From the NCBI GenBank assembly GCA_030770535.1, contig JASVEC010000015.1, forward strand, positions 930,001 to 994,000: DNA of 64,000 nt, written 5' to 3'. A model generated the notes under the pieces. It saw only the letters and a list, made by a program, of their open reading frames with translations, did no database searches and had not been told where the DNA came from. Numbering within the stretch: the stretch's first letter is position 1; each line of letters opens with the position of its first letter. Shown one piece after another: positions 12,729 to 25,136 of the stretch. The DNA is from Batkoa obscura. Its lineage: Eukaryota. The position numbers and the translations under genes were made by a program.

Positions 12729-15700
12729 TTAAAATGGTAAATTGTTATATTGATTATTATTATTCATTGGATAACTTTGTCCAGGTCCAGAATTGGATCT
12801 ATAACCTTGCATAGGAATTGAAGATTGCTGCATACCCATATTACCTTGAGTTATCATTAAGGGATTACCTAATGCTCCTGGATTAATAATGGGAGCACTT
12901 TGTTCTTGTTTTTGTTGAGCTTCTTCTCTTTTAGTTCTCTCTTCATTAGCTTTTTCCAATTTATCAACTTTACTTGTATATTCTCTAATTACTTGGATCA
13001 TGTAAGGCATAGCATAATCGGATATGCGATGGCGCCAGGCTAATTCCATAGCTACATCAGGACGGATAAGATCATAACATATGGTTAAGCAAGCAGTAAA
13101 GTATTCTTTTAATTCATTTTCGACAAAGAATTTAAGTAAATCTTCAGCAATTTCTTTGCTTCTTGAAGAAGAGGCGGTGTCCATAGCATCTCTAAACATT
13201 TGATCTTTTTTAGAAAGACTAATTGATTGCTCCCAACGTTTATTAATCTAAACAAAATCATTAGTTATAATTACAAACTTAAAAATTAAATTTACTCTAT
13301 AAAGACGAGCAGCTATCCTACGGAATTCCAAAAGCTCATGCTTCTCTAATCTTTGGGCAAGTTCAATGTTATCAAAATTATCATAGCTTTCAATTGAATT
13401 TTGAAGCGATTGATAATCTTCTTCATCTATAAGAAGTTGATTATATGCATTATTGACTGCACGGTTATTGACTTTTTGTACAGCAACCAAATAAGAGCGA
13501 ATGAGTGGAATATTGTTCGATTTATCAAATATTTGAACAACTCGAGTATGATCAACACGGTTGGTAATAGCAGAAAGTAAATCAGTGATAAGTAGAGGTT
13601 GTTCTTCTAAATAAAATTGAAGTGCACGATAGTAAATTTCTAAATTATTAACTTTAGAGATAACATCTTTGAAGCTAGAATGATCCCAGGCTGAGGCAGA
13701 ATGTTTCATCATAGTATTAGCTGCATTATCATATTCATCATAATGGGTATAACAAAATACTAACTCAGACCAGAGATGAGCTTCCTCACATGCTTTAATA
13801 GCTTTTGGAAGACTTACACGAGAACTATAAAGTTTAAGATGCTCCATTACAGCTTCTGGACGATATTTGGTATATAAAACAGTAAGCTCAGTAAACATTG
13901 CCATGTTAGAACGCTCTAAACCTAAAGAGGCTTCAAGAAGTTCTAATAATTGATCGGTAATACCATTATTTTCATAAAGTCTAATAATACTTTGAAGTTC
14001 ATCGTATGAATTACAAGATTCAAACCACAAATTTGGGATAAACGATATTCATTTTGTTCAATACAAATATCATGAACTTGGCGCCATACACGGGTATTAT
14101 TGGCTTTGCGCGCACTATCAACGGCAGCTTGAAACTCACCTAAACGAACTTGAGTAGAAGCAAGTGATCCCCAGTTGGAAATGCTTAAAAATAAAATTTT
14201 GGCTGCATGGTATAAACCATCATTGAAACAACGATCACCGACATTTTGAACTTGAGCAATATTGGGACCACTTAAAGTTGATTCAATATCGGATATACGA
14301 CTCGTTTTAGCATAAGCATATAAAAGTTCAGTATCAACCATAGTTTCACGAGTTTGAAGACGTGCCATTTGTAAATAACGAACTAAATCTTCATAACGAT
14401 CATTTTGTTGTGCAACTTTGATTACTTCCATATAATTGGATGAATCGTTGGAACGAATATAAGAATCAACGGCTTCTTTAACTCTATTTTGAGCGAGCTG
14501 TGCTTTACCTAATTTGCTCCAAACATTAGGAGAATTAACTTTTTCAGCAAAATCATAAGCTCTATCAACATCATGAAGATGATCAATGAGTACATTTACA
14601 GCTTCGGAGTGGGCACTATATTTATTATAAATATAAAAGGCTTCTTCATAAAGTTGGGATTCTACTAAAATTCTAGCAACTTCATTAGATTCATAATTAT
14701 TGAGGCGCTCTAAATAACCCATAACTTTTTCAGGGCAAGATTTTGAAGCTGTAAGGATCATAAGGTTTTGTAAATTGGCATTTTCACTAAACATAGTTGG
14801 TTCAAGAACAACTTTTTCAAGAAGCTCAAGTAATTCTTTAGAAAGACCTGCAGCAATAAATGCTTTTACAGTAACAGATACAGCTTCAGGAATTTGTGCT
14901 TCTGAAATGGCAGAGTTTACAATTTGATCAACTAAGATACCACGATGGGAATTAGATTCATCTAAAACAGTAGCCCATAAATCGGAATCTTGGCGTTGAA
15001 TAAGATAACGTGCTTGGTATTTGTGCATTGAGTTATCATTAGTTACTTGAATAAGTTCATGATCGCATTGACCCTGTTCATAAGCAACAAAAGCAAGATA
15101 AGGATCACGCTTTTCGCAATAACGACCAACAATACGAGGGTCATAAAGCTGATTGCTTCTCAAAAATTGTTCAGGGTTATTGTTGCCATCAATATATATC
15201 ATAGCTAATGCATTGTACATGGCTGGATCTTGGTTATTATTATTGATTTTGACTTCTAACCATGGACGGATAAGCTTAAGACGGTTTCTTTTTTCAACCT
15301 CTTCAACAAGTTCGTCTACTGGGAAAGGTCCTTGAACAGACATAAGTAAGTTTTTGATGATACTTTCATCGCAATCAACATCTAAAAGAGCACCAATGAC
15401 TACAGGAGTACGGCTAGAATTGATTTTTTGGACATAAATTTCAATGAAGTTATGGAAGTTATTTTTATAAAGATGTAAAATAAGATCATGAACAAAATCG
15501 AATCTATCACAGACAATAACAAGTGGAATAAGATCTTGAAGATTTGCTTCTTTTAGGAAATTTTTAACCCTTTCGCCATCATAATAATTACTTTCACGAC
15601 AGATTCTTTCCACTTCTTTCATTTGACCAGTGAAACAAGCTGCTTGAATATATTTGAAATGTACTTCAGGATCTTGGCTGGTGTTAACAATTGTTCCAAG

Positions 15701-17988
15701 GTAATAGTAAAGCCCTTCATAAGTTTTGAAAGTTTCGAATAAATCGATTAAACGCTCTGCAGATAATAAATCAGAGTATTTGGAAGCTATTTGGATAACA
15801 ATTTGTAAGTTTTGACGGATATTATTTGCAAGCATCTCTTTCAAACACTCAATTGAATCCTCAACAGAAAGACGACCAAAATAATCAATAATCCATTCAG
15901 GCTTCAAAAGGTGGATGTTGACTATTACTCGTTTGATATCATAAAGATCAGTATAGTGCTCAAGTGCTCTTTGATAAAGGCCTGCTTTCTCACAAAGTGC
16001 TGCGACCGAAGTTTTGTCATAATGGCTGAACATTTCATTTCCAAGGATAGCATCAGCAACTTGTGGAGCATTTAATAAAGTCATTTCTAAAAGTCTTGTT
16101 TGGAGATGACCTTGATCAGGTTTATTTCCTTTAAGTGCATCTAAAAGGAATGAAGTGGCTGGTTGTATCATATTGAATTGTGAGAATATATCCATAACTC
16201 TTTCAATTTCAACCAAAGGCCCAGATTCGTCATTTACTAATAAAGAGGCAAACTCAGCACCCTTTTCCGGATTGACTCTCAAAATGTGAGAAAGTAAGAA
16301 TACATAATCAGGTTGGTATCCGGATTTTTTGGCATAAAGGATAATCTTTGGGAATTCGCCTAGCTCAGCAAAGGCATTTACTACTTTTTGGGAAACATTA
16401 GCACGTAAATAAACAGATAAAGCTAAAGTAGTATCGAATTGTTTGATGATGTCACCTAATTCTTCGCTACAACTGAGTTTATTTTCTTTAAGCCATTTTT
16501 CTAATAATTGTTTACGACCTTGTTGGAGCACAGGACGAGCTAATTCAATAGATTCAAAACTATTTAACTCTCCCTTTTCTAACAAAATACCAAAGTATTG
16601 AAGAATTGGCGAAGTTTGCCCAGGGGTGACTGGGATTTGTTTGAATTGTTCAATTGTGCTTGGGGTCCTTAAGATACCATTAGGGGAAGTTGCTGCAACT
16701 TTGGCTGCTTCACTGAAGTTTCCGGAAGAAAATAATTGATTATACTTTTGAATATAAAGGTCTTCGGCTCCAGGTAAATTACATCTTGAAGCTAATCTAA
16801 GAGCTAGATCTATGTTGTTACTATTGTTCAATATATATGGAACAACTGTACTTTCGTTAAGACTTACAGATAAAACCTGTCCTTTACGATTAACAGAAAT
16901 TATTCCACCTTGCTCCTCAAGTTCAGCTGTAACAAAAATAGTATCACCAGAAATTCTCCCGTAATAAATTAAGTCGCCATTTAAAAGATCATAGAGATGT
17001 ATAAAACCGTATTTAGTGACTAAATAAATAATTGATTGTTTTTCAACAATCTGCATTGCAACAGGGAAATCATTTGTGGCTTCTGGTGGGAAAAACAAAT
17101 CAACTTGTTTTTTAGTATATACTGGGTTTTGATCTTTGTGATCAATTTCGACAATATGTACTTTAGCTCCAGTTGCCGTACGGACAGCAAATGAGAATAA
17201 TTTGGTATTTGAAGCTCCGCCATCTAGCTTAATTTCAGCGAAAGCTGCAGCATGAGCTTCGATAGGCTGACTTACATTTCTATCCTTATTATAGAGCTGC
17301 ATAGCACCTACAACTTTTCCGTCCTATTACCAAATTTTAATATTTATCATCAAATGAAGAAAACTACATACCTTAGCAGATATACCAATTAACATGGACC
17401 AGTTCATCTCTTTATTAGTACGGTAGTTGATAATTTGAGATCCGTTAAGACTTGAATGTCTTTCGAAGGCTTTTACTGGTTGGCTATCACCATCTAAAGA
17501 CCAATGAAATACAAATCTCTCTGTTACTAAGCCTAAAGTTTTATCATTGACCCATTTCCAGAATACTACACTATCACTCATAAGATGAGATTTTAGCTTT
17601 GTTTTTGTTTCAAGATTGAATATTTGAAGTTGGTTTCCAGCTTTTTAGTAAATTAGTAACTGATAATAGTTTATAACAAAATTTAATACCTTTTAAAGCA
17701 ATTATCTTCTCATTTAAGTGCATAATAGCGGAATCAGCAGTAATGGGACGTTTCAATAAGTTATTGACGTCTGAAAGATCAATAATTATTACTTGGTTTT
17801 GTTGTCCATCTTTTTCTCGAATACAGATGTATTTATCTGATTCCATGGTTAAGGTATTGAACCCAATGGCATCAGTGTTTACTCCAAGGGTTTGGAGCTA
17901 AAAGTCTTGATTTAGTTACACGAAAACATATCATTCTATAAATTACCTGGATATGTTCTCGAAAACGAATTGGTAAATTATCACCCAT
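12729..17988 (-). CDS. CHC1: Clathrin heavy chain (4 short introns, apparent 1-nt deletion at about 14004)
   Basis: [40 protein letters not shown], clathrin repeats, LELAWR-like MELAWRH and AMPYMIQ. The ORF track splits it into 5 pieces. Confidence 0.99.
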
Positions 17989-18208
17989 CTTTAAAAATGA
18001 TATTCAAAGTATAAATGAAATAAAAAAATAGTCAACTCTTTTTTTATTCAATATATAAATATTCACTTTATTGGAACAAATCATGGCACCAAATAAATAC
18101 GCATTCAATTATCATTGGAAGGATCATTTTTTTTACAATCCCATAAAATTCCAACTTTATTTTTTTTGTTTTTTAAGTTAGAATTCAATTTTATTTATAA
18201 ATTTAAAG

Positions 18209-18730
18209 ATGGGGATATTAGGCGCAACACGTATGGCTATGCCAATCGTAGAAGGATTAGCACGTAAAACTAAATTACCATGTGTCCATGATTTATGTGC
18301 GCGTGTACAAAATGGATACTCTGCCAAATTAAAAAATATCAGTGTACCAGAAACTAAAATGAACTTAGCTGTTTCTCAAATTTTATACCAACAAGGTTTT
18401 ATTTCTTCAATTGTAAGAGGGAACCATCTTGGTATTGATTATTCACCAACTACCCCTGATAATGTCGCCACTAGAAGATATTGGCTTGGGTTAAAATATT
18501 ATCAAAACTCACCCGTATTATCTTCAATGCGCGCAGTTTCTATACCATCTAGAAAGATTTTCGCAACTGCTCAAGAGTTTGAATATGTTGTTTCAGGAAG
18601 AAGAGTTGGAATTCTTTCCCCATTACAGCCTGGTGAGATTATCATTATAAATACAGAAAAAGGAGTTCTAGAAATCCATGATGCCGTTGAGTTAAAACTT
18701 GGAGGACAAGTATTATGTAGAGCTAAATAG
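18209..18730 (+). CDS. MRPS8: Mitochondrial ribosomal protein uS8m
   Basis: HDLCARVQNG, LYQQGFISSI.RG, LGLKYYQNSPVLS, SIPSRKI, GVLEIHDAVELKLGGQVLCR. Confidence 0.93.
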   Translation: MGILGATRMAMPIVEGLARKTKLPCVHDLCARVQNGYSAKLKNISVPETKMNLAVSQILYQQGFISSIVRGNHLGIDYSPTTPDNVATRRYWLGLKYYQNSPVLSSMRAVSIPSRKIFATAQEFEYVVSGRRVGILSPLQPGEIIIINTEKGVLEIHDAVELKLGGQVLCRAK

Positions 18731-19834
18731 ATTAATAGAGTAATTAAATTTCATAAAGAAGGCTATTTTGCTAAAATAATAAATCGTAGGTACATTTATT
18801 AAGAGAGATCATTGAGCTATTGCTTTGTTTGATAGATTTTTACTTTCAACTAATTTAAATAGGAAGCAAATAATAAATTTTTTATCGTTAAAAAGGAAAA
18901 ATATACTTAAAACAGAAGTTTATGTGTTTACATAGTAAATGCATCAAGATATATTTATAAACTTTCTTTCTTTTAAAATATTTTGGATTGAGTCTTATTT
19001 GAATGTTATATCATAAATTAAAATAGTCAATATATGATTGTAGTTTTATTTTAAACGATCATAGGAGCTAGAATTTAAATTTATTTCCTACCTACATATA
19101 TGTATTATACATATTAAGTTGTAAATTAACTTTGATATTAACAAAGCTTAAGTGCTTATATAATCAGTGAATACTTATAAAGGATTATAGTTTTAATAAA
19201 TGAGACGATACAATCATTAATATTATTTAAAATTATACATTGAATATTCTTAAAATGCATTGAATAGTCATTTGGTTTTTAATTATCACCACTGGATTGG
19301 GACTATGTTAATAATAAGGAGCTATTTGATATATACAACTCCTGATTTTTTTAGTATATTATATATTATAACTATCAATTACAATTAAGTAATAGTATTC
19401 TAATTTAATAACATGCTCAACTATATGAAATTATTCTTCTTTATTAGCAACTTTTTGATTTCGAAATTGATTGATGCTAACAAATAGAAAGAACTAAAAT
19501 AAACCACCTTAAATTTTGATTTGCTCAATATTTTAAGTAGAGATGAAGCTAGTAAATTTCTATATTCATTTTGTAAAGTAGTAATAATGTCTAGCTAGAC
19601 CTTCTTTCTTTCAGGTCGTTTTAAAATTCACAAACGTCATTAAAGTAAGTTTTTATGATTGATAATATATGGTACCAGAATGGATAAAAAAAATTACGCC
19701 CGAAAGCGAAGAAACTTGAGTTGAGAAAAAGGATAACAAAAAATACATCCATCAAATATCAAGCGAATTAGATTACACAATGAAAATTAAATATAAAACT
19801 CGAATTTCAAGTGTGCTTACAATTTATTTAAAGA

Positions 19835-20215
19835 ATGGTTCAACGTCTTACTTACCGTCGTCGTCTCTCATACAACACCAAGTCAAACCGCGTTAATGTA
19901 GTAAAGACTCCAGGTGGTAAACTTGTTTATCATCACGTAAAGAAACCAGTAAAGAACGCCAGTTGTGGTGACTGCGGAGAACAACTCCAAGGTATCAAGG
20001 CTTTCCGCCCAAGAGAACTCTCTCAAGTTTCTAGACGTCATAAGACCGTTACCCGTGCTTATGGTGGTTCCCGTTGCGCTAACTGTGTCCGTAACAGGTA
20101 AGTTTTAAATTTTGTATAAAGTTTATTTGCTAATTTTTATAGAATCGTTCGTGCTTTCTTAATCGAAGAACAAAAGATCGTCAAGAAAGTTATCAAAGCC
20201 CAAACTAAAAACTAA
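19835..20215 (+). CDS. RPL34: 60S ribosomal protein eL34, one intron (about 20098-20142)
   Basis: MVQRLTYRRRLSYNTKSN...AYGGSRCANCVRNR|IVRAFLIEEQKIVKKV. Confidence 0.99.
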
Positions 20216-20921
20216 TTTAATAAGGTGAAGACCTAATAAATTTTTAAAATAAAATTGAGGATTTATTAAATAAATGGATAGTTGCATAAATCTAGGTAAA
20301 TAAATGTAAATAAAATTATATTTAGATAAATTTTTGAAGGAGGCTAATATGCGAAATATAAGAAGATTTGGATGAAATGTGGATCAATACAGAGTTCCTG
20401 AATATACAATATTTTGAGTTGCTTAAAGTTAGTGATAAACATCACTTGGAAAGATAAAATTCAATATTGTAGAGCTTAGTATAGAATTTACTAGTTAAGT
20501 TAGTCTATTTTAATCTCATGTTTATTTTTAAAATAACTATTTGAATTTTCATCGAAATCAGACTTTTAGATCTTACTAAATAATAAGCAAATTTTTGTAC
20601 TTATATTTTTTCTAAAAAGTTAATAAATGTTTAAATCAATTATTGAATTTGTCATTACTTTACTTCTATTTTAATGATATATCACTGTTTTTCTTTATGG
20701 TATTTGTGCAATAAATAGTATTGAATCATTGATTTTAGTTACCTTTATTACTATTCATTAAAACTAAAGTCAAGGTATAACTTTAAATCAGTATTTGCTA
20801 CTTTTTATAATATTTACAATAGAATAAATTATATAGATCTATCCCTAAAAGTATAAAGTGTTATTTGTATTAAATAGCTTAAATATAAAATTATTTTACA
20901 AAAGTAGTGAAAACACTGTTT

Positions 20922-21018
20922 AGGGATGTATTTTTGTATTTAAGAACTTTACTAACAATTTTTCCACTTAAATAGCACTTAAAAAATGGAAAAAGTAATG
21001 AAACCAAAAAACATCCTC
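20922..21018 (-). mobile_element. MITE family A, copy 1
   Basis: Reverse-orientation match to the ~98-bp consensus; flanks gttt/attt. Confidence 0.85.
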
Positions 21019-21277
21019 ATTTGCTAATTGTGTTAAGGTTTTATAGTTTATTTTTTAATTACTAAAATATTAAAAAACATAATTTACAAAGTATTTTTTT
21101 TCAATAGTTTAATTAGTAATCTTTTAATTTTCTACTGCTTAAAAAGTTTACAACCATTATTTAGAGTTAAAAAAAATTATAAAAAAAATTTATTAAAAGG
21201 TTTTATTGATTTGGTAACAAATTTATTGCTTTTTGTGAAATATAAATTTATATATAATTGAAAGCTGATAAAAATAT

Positions 21278-21376
21278 GGGGATGACTTTTTTGGCTTGAT
21301 TACTTTTTCCATCTTTTAAATGTTATTTGAGTAGAAAAACTGTTAGTAAAATTCTTAAACATAAAAATGTATCCCC
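21278..21376 (+). mobile_element. MITE family A, copy 2
   Basis: ggggatg...tatcccc TIRs; TSD atat/atat. Confidence 0.9.
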
Positions 21377-21708
21377 ATATATTAATAATTTGTTATAAAT
21401 TATAATATTGTAATAAAAAACAAAATATTTCATTAATAAAGTTTTTACGTAATAAACTTATGCAGATAATTGATAAATTTGGTTGTTTTTTAAACTTACT
21501 TTTAAGTATAATCAATAGTTTTTTTATAACTACTAATTAAAATAATAGTAGTATCACTTTTTTAAACAAATTATATGCTAATGGATTAAATAAGTTTAAT
21601 TAAAAGCTTAAAATATCATTAATTATAAAGTTTATACAAATTTGATGAAAAAAATTTCAAGATTGAACTGGATTAGTTTTATTTTATTTTATTTTATATT
21701 TTAAATTT

Positions 21709-21806
21709 GGGAGTGTTTTTTTTACTTCATTATTTTTTCCATTTTTTAAGCGCTATTTAAGCGGAAAATTCGTTAGTAAAATTCTTAAACACAAAAATAC
21801 ATCCCC
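21709..21806 (+). mobile_element. MITE family A, copy 3
   Basis: gggagtg...catcccc; non-palindromic TSD attt/attt. Confidence 0.9.
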
Positions 21807-22046
21807 ATTTGTTAAAATCTTTAATAGCTGGATTTAATGATCATGGTAGTTACTTATTTTTTATTGAACAATTTTTTATATCTGCATTAATTAACAATAC
21901 CAGAGTTTTGGTTTTAAAATAAAATTTAGTTGCTCATAATAAACAGTCGACTTGGTAAACAGCTATTATTAGCCAGCTTATCACTTTTAATAATAATTTA
22001 AAAAACAAATTAAATCAAATAAAGAGCAGTCAGCTGGTAACTATAT

Positions 22047-22145
22047 GGGGATGTATTTTTGTATTTAAGAATTTTACCAACAAATTTTCCACTTAAATGG
22101 CGCTTAAAAAATAGAAAAAATAATGAAGTCAAAAGAGACACTCCC
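22047..22145 (-). mobile_element. MITE family A, copy 4
   Basis: Reverse orientation; TSD atat/atat. Confidence 0.9.
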
Positions 22146-22287
22146 ATATACTTTTCTTTAAATCAAGGTAATTTCTAATATTAGCTGAATAATACCATTT
22201 TTTTATGATTAAAAAAAAGTGTATTGTTGTTTTAGCTTTTTATTAAAACAATTACTCTATTTATTAATAATAAATATACTTGAGTTA

Positions 22288-22751
22288 TGTGAAATCTGGT
22301 ACTCAGTGTTTGGAGTCAAAAACAGCTATTGCTTGGTTGACTACACTATAAGTTGAAAGGTCTTAGTTTATGTGACTAAGATAGACTTGAATTACGAAGA
22401 ATAGCACATAATAGGCTACAGACTATATAAGACAAATAGAATAGACAATACTAATGTAAAATCTACGTGAAATACTATTAAGAAAACTTAGTGGCTTTAT
22501 CAAATGTTCGAGATATCAGGGAATAATTCAGTTAAAAAGCCTCGAGGTATTATGTTTTAAAATCTCTTTTATACTCCGATAAGTATAAATATCAAAACGA
22601 GAGGATAATATTCTTTGAGACGAAGATAGAAATTCTCTTAGCAAATCAGAATAAGAGCATGGGACTAATTGTCTCTATAATCGAGAGCACAACAGCTTAG
22701 GTGATTATTATGCTACAATTAGCCATGGGGCTGACAAAGCGATATTTCACA
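22288..22751 (-). mobile_element. Solo LTR (~464 bp), copy 1
   Basis: tgtgaaat...atttcaca termini (TG...CA) with a 4-bp direct repeat gtta on both sides. Homologous over its full length to 30802-31263. TATAAAAG on the minus strand. Confidence 0.8.
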
Positions 22752-22909
22752 GTTAATTACAAAATTTACTTAAAAACTAATTTAAATTTCGAGTTTTTAA
22801 ACTTACAAGTCCTTAGTATATAATTAGTTAAATTTAAAAAGCTTAAAACTAAATTTTCTAAATTAAACTTTATATTACTTTTATCAAATATATAATAAAT
22901 ATATAACAT

Positions 22910-23008
22910 GGGAGTGTTTTTTTTGGCTTCATTACTTTTTCTATTTTTTAAGCGCTATTTGAGTGGAAAATTTGTTAGTAAAATTCTTAAACACAAAAAT
23001 ACATCCCC
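22910..23008 (+). mobile_element. MITE family A, copy 5
   Basis: Consensus match; flanks acat/atat. Confidence 0.9.
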
Positions 23009-23080
23009 ATATGTTATTTCTATAGATTAAAACTTTTAGCTTTAACTACAACATACTGAATTTTCTAAATTTTAATATAT

Positions 23081-23178
23081 GGGGATATATTTTTATGTTT
23101 AGGAATTTTACTAACAAATTTTCCACTCAAATAGCGCTTAAAAAATAGAAAAAGTAATGAAGCCAAAAAAACATCCCC
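23081..23178 (-). mobile_element. MITE family A, copy 6
   Basis: Reverse orientation; TSD atat/atat; core identical to copy 5. Confidence 0.9.
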
Positions 23179-23439
23179 ATATCAAAATTGCTTAAAAAGT
23201 TTGTTGTTGAAAAGTCGCTAAAATAGGTTGATAATTTAGAATATGAATGAAACTCATGCTGAAAAATTAATATTTTCAATGGTATAACTTGTTAATAGCT
23301 CTTAAGAAATAAACAGGAAATAGTACAAATCATATAGAAGCAACCATTTTATTTCTAAAGGGATGCTATTTGTTTAACATATATAATAGTAGTTTAAAAT
23401 ATAAAAGATTAGTACTAATAAACGCGCCTTATGAGTAGT

Positions 23440-23865
23440 CTAATCGATCGTGACTCCAGCCGTACCTGTGGTAGTATAATTGCCCAAATTGACAATCTGA
23501 TAGAACTCATAACAAAACATACCATGAATAAGCACCATTGTTACTTCAGCTGGTATATGTTTGATTAAATTGAAAGTGATCAAGTCTTTACTATTTAATA
23601 ATAAAGTGATCATCATAGAAGAATAGCCCATAAGTACCAAAGCCACTTGTTTACGTAATATACTCTTTTCGTCTACATGCCCTGTATAGATACTTAATAA
23701 TGAAATGGCGCATACCGCTACACCAAAACTTCTAACTAAAAATAAGGTGGCTACATTATCAAGGTCTAAGCCTTTAATTGGTAAATAGGATGGGAATAGA
23801 TAGGCTATGATTCCTAATGGTAATTCACAAAGTCCACGGCCAGTAAATGTATTAAGTTCAATCAT
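23440..23865 (-). CDS. Hypothetical 4-TM membrane protein
   Basis: Intronless 141-aa ORF with higher GC than its flanks and about 4 hydrophobic helices; family not recognised. Confidence 0.65.
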   Translation of the reverse strand: MIELNTFTGRGLCELPLGIIAYLFPSYLPIKGLDLDNVATLFLVRSFGVAVCAISLLSIYTGHVDEKSILRKQVALVLMGYSSMMITLLLNSKDLITFNLIKHIPAEVTMVLIHGMFCYEFYQIVNLGNYTTTGTAGVTID

Positions 23866-24136
23866 TTTTATTTAATTTCGGAATGTATGTTTTGCTTTAT
23901 AAAAAAGTAAAGTTAAGTTTGAAATTTTACTTTATATTGCTTCGAACTTTAATTTAATTTCGGGTCATCTGACTAGAATGGTAATTTTTATTGGTATGCT
24001 AACGATACCATAAATTTTTATTTGCCAAATTCTATAGTTAAAATTCAGCTAAATTTACATTGAATAGTAACAGTAATACAAAATACAATAAATAATTCAA
24101 AAAATTAAAATTTATTATAATATTACTACAATGAAG

Positions 24137-25025
24137 CTACCAAGAAGCACCTAGTTTATTACTATCATTTTTAATTGTAATTTTAGAACTAAAGTATTGA
24201 CCTAAAAGCAATAAATAACTGCTAAAAAATATTTTTACTAATAATTACCTGGAACCTCCACTGTTAATAACTTATAATCCCACCCGTCTTTAGCTTTGTT
24301 TTCGATACAATGCACATAAACGACACCATGGCTATCCTTTTCACCTTCAATATAATATTTCATTATCATATTTTTTTTTTGCTCCTTATCTGTAAATAAT
24401 TGATAGCTAAATAATATTACTGTAAATGAGTTTACTTATTTTAATAATGAGCTTTTACTCTGGCTTTCTATCCCTTCTTCTTCTACTTCTTGGGTCCGCA
24501 TGACCAGTAACATCATTACCGAAAATCTTTTGAACCTAATCAACGTAAATTAAAAATGAGATTAATCTACCTTATTAAGCTCACTCTATTGTTTTCTTGA
24601 ATTAACTCTAAACTTTGATTAAACACTTCCCAAATTGATGACTTAAATAGTTCACTATACAACCCCATACCAACAACTATGGTAAGTAGCGATCCAAGGG
24701 TTACTAAGCCTAAACTTACACCCCAAGTTATAAACCTTTTACCTGAGACGTTCAGTATTATTTAATAATATTCAGTTAGTTTGTTACCTTGATTCATCCC
24801 CTTTGTTATTGCATTGTTTATTTTTTGTTTATTACTATTGGCATTGTTATTTGGTGTAGCTGCATTTGCTTTATTTGTTAATGAATCCAGGTTAATGCTG
24901 GAGCCCAGGATACTAAATAGAATTGTTATTTTAACAATTGTGTTATTATTAGTGTGCGTTAATTACATCTTTCTTCGGGATCTATTATTCAATAGACGTA
25001 AACTTTTGGATACTAATGTGGTCAT
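24137..25025 (-). CDS. TIM21: Mitochondrial import inner-membrane translocase subunit Tim21, 6 exons (absent from the ORF track)
   Basis: Arg/Ser-rich presequence, one TM (LGLVTLGSLLTIVVGMGLYSELF), VQKIFGNDVTGHADPRSRRRRDRKP, MIMKYYIEG...GVVYVH...WDYKLLTVEVPG. Confidence 0.8.
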
Positions 25026-25136
25026 TTTTCTAATTGGTTGAAAAATAAAATTTTGAAAAACAATTCATCTTTAGTTTTAAATTCAATTTTAGTTGCTTTA
25101 TTTTAAAAATATTAAGAGTAAAACAAATAATAAAAG

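Noticed and set aside
15153..15335. Short antisense or alternative-frame ORFs inside real genes (also 6009, 10864, 17020, 24814, 27877, 28330, 34080, 37163, 38474, 46352, 48323, 55840, 57448, 58387, 62381)
   Set aside because: Shadows of well-supported CDSs or of Asn microsatellites; no recognisable motifs.
20368..20401. Box C/D snoRNA-like motifs downstream of RPL34
   Set aside because: Box C is imperfect, the spacing is too short, and no terminal stem or guide is identifiable.
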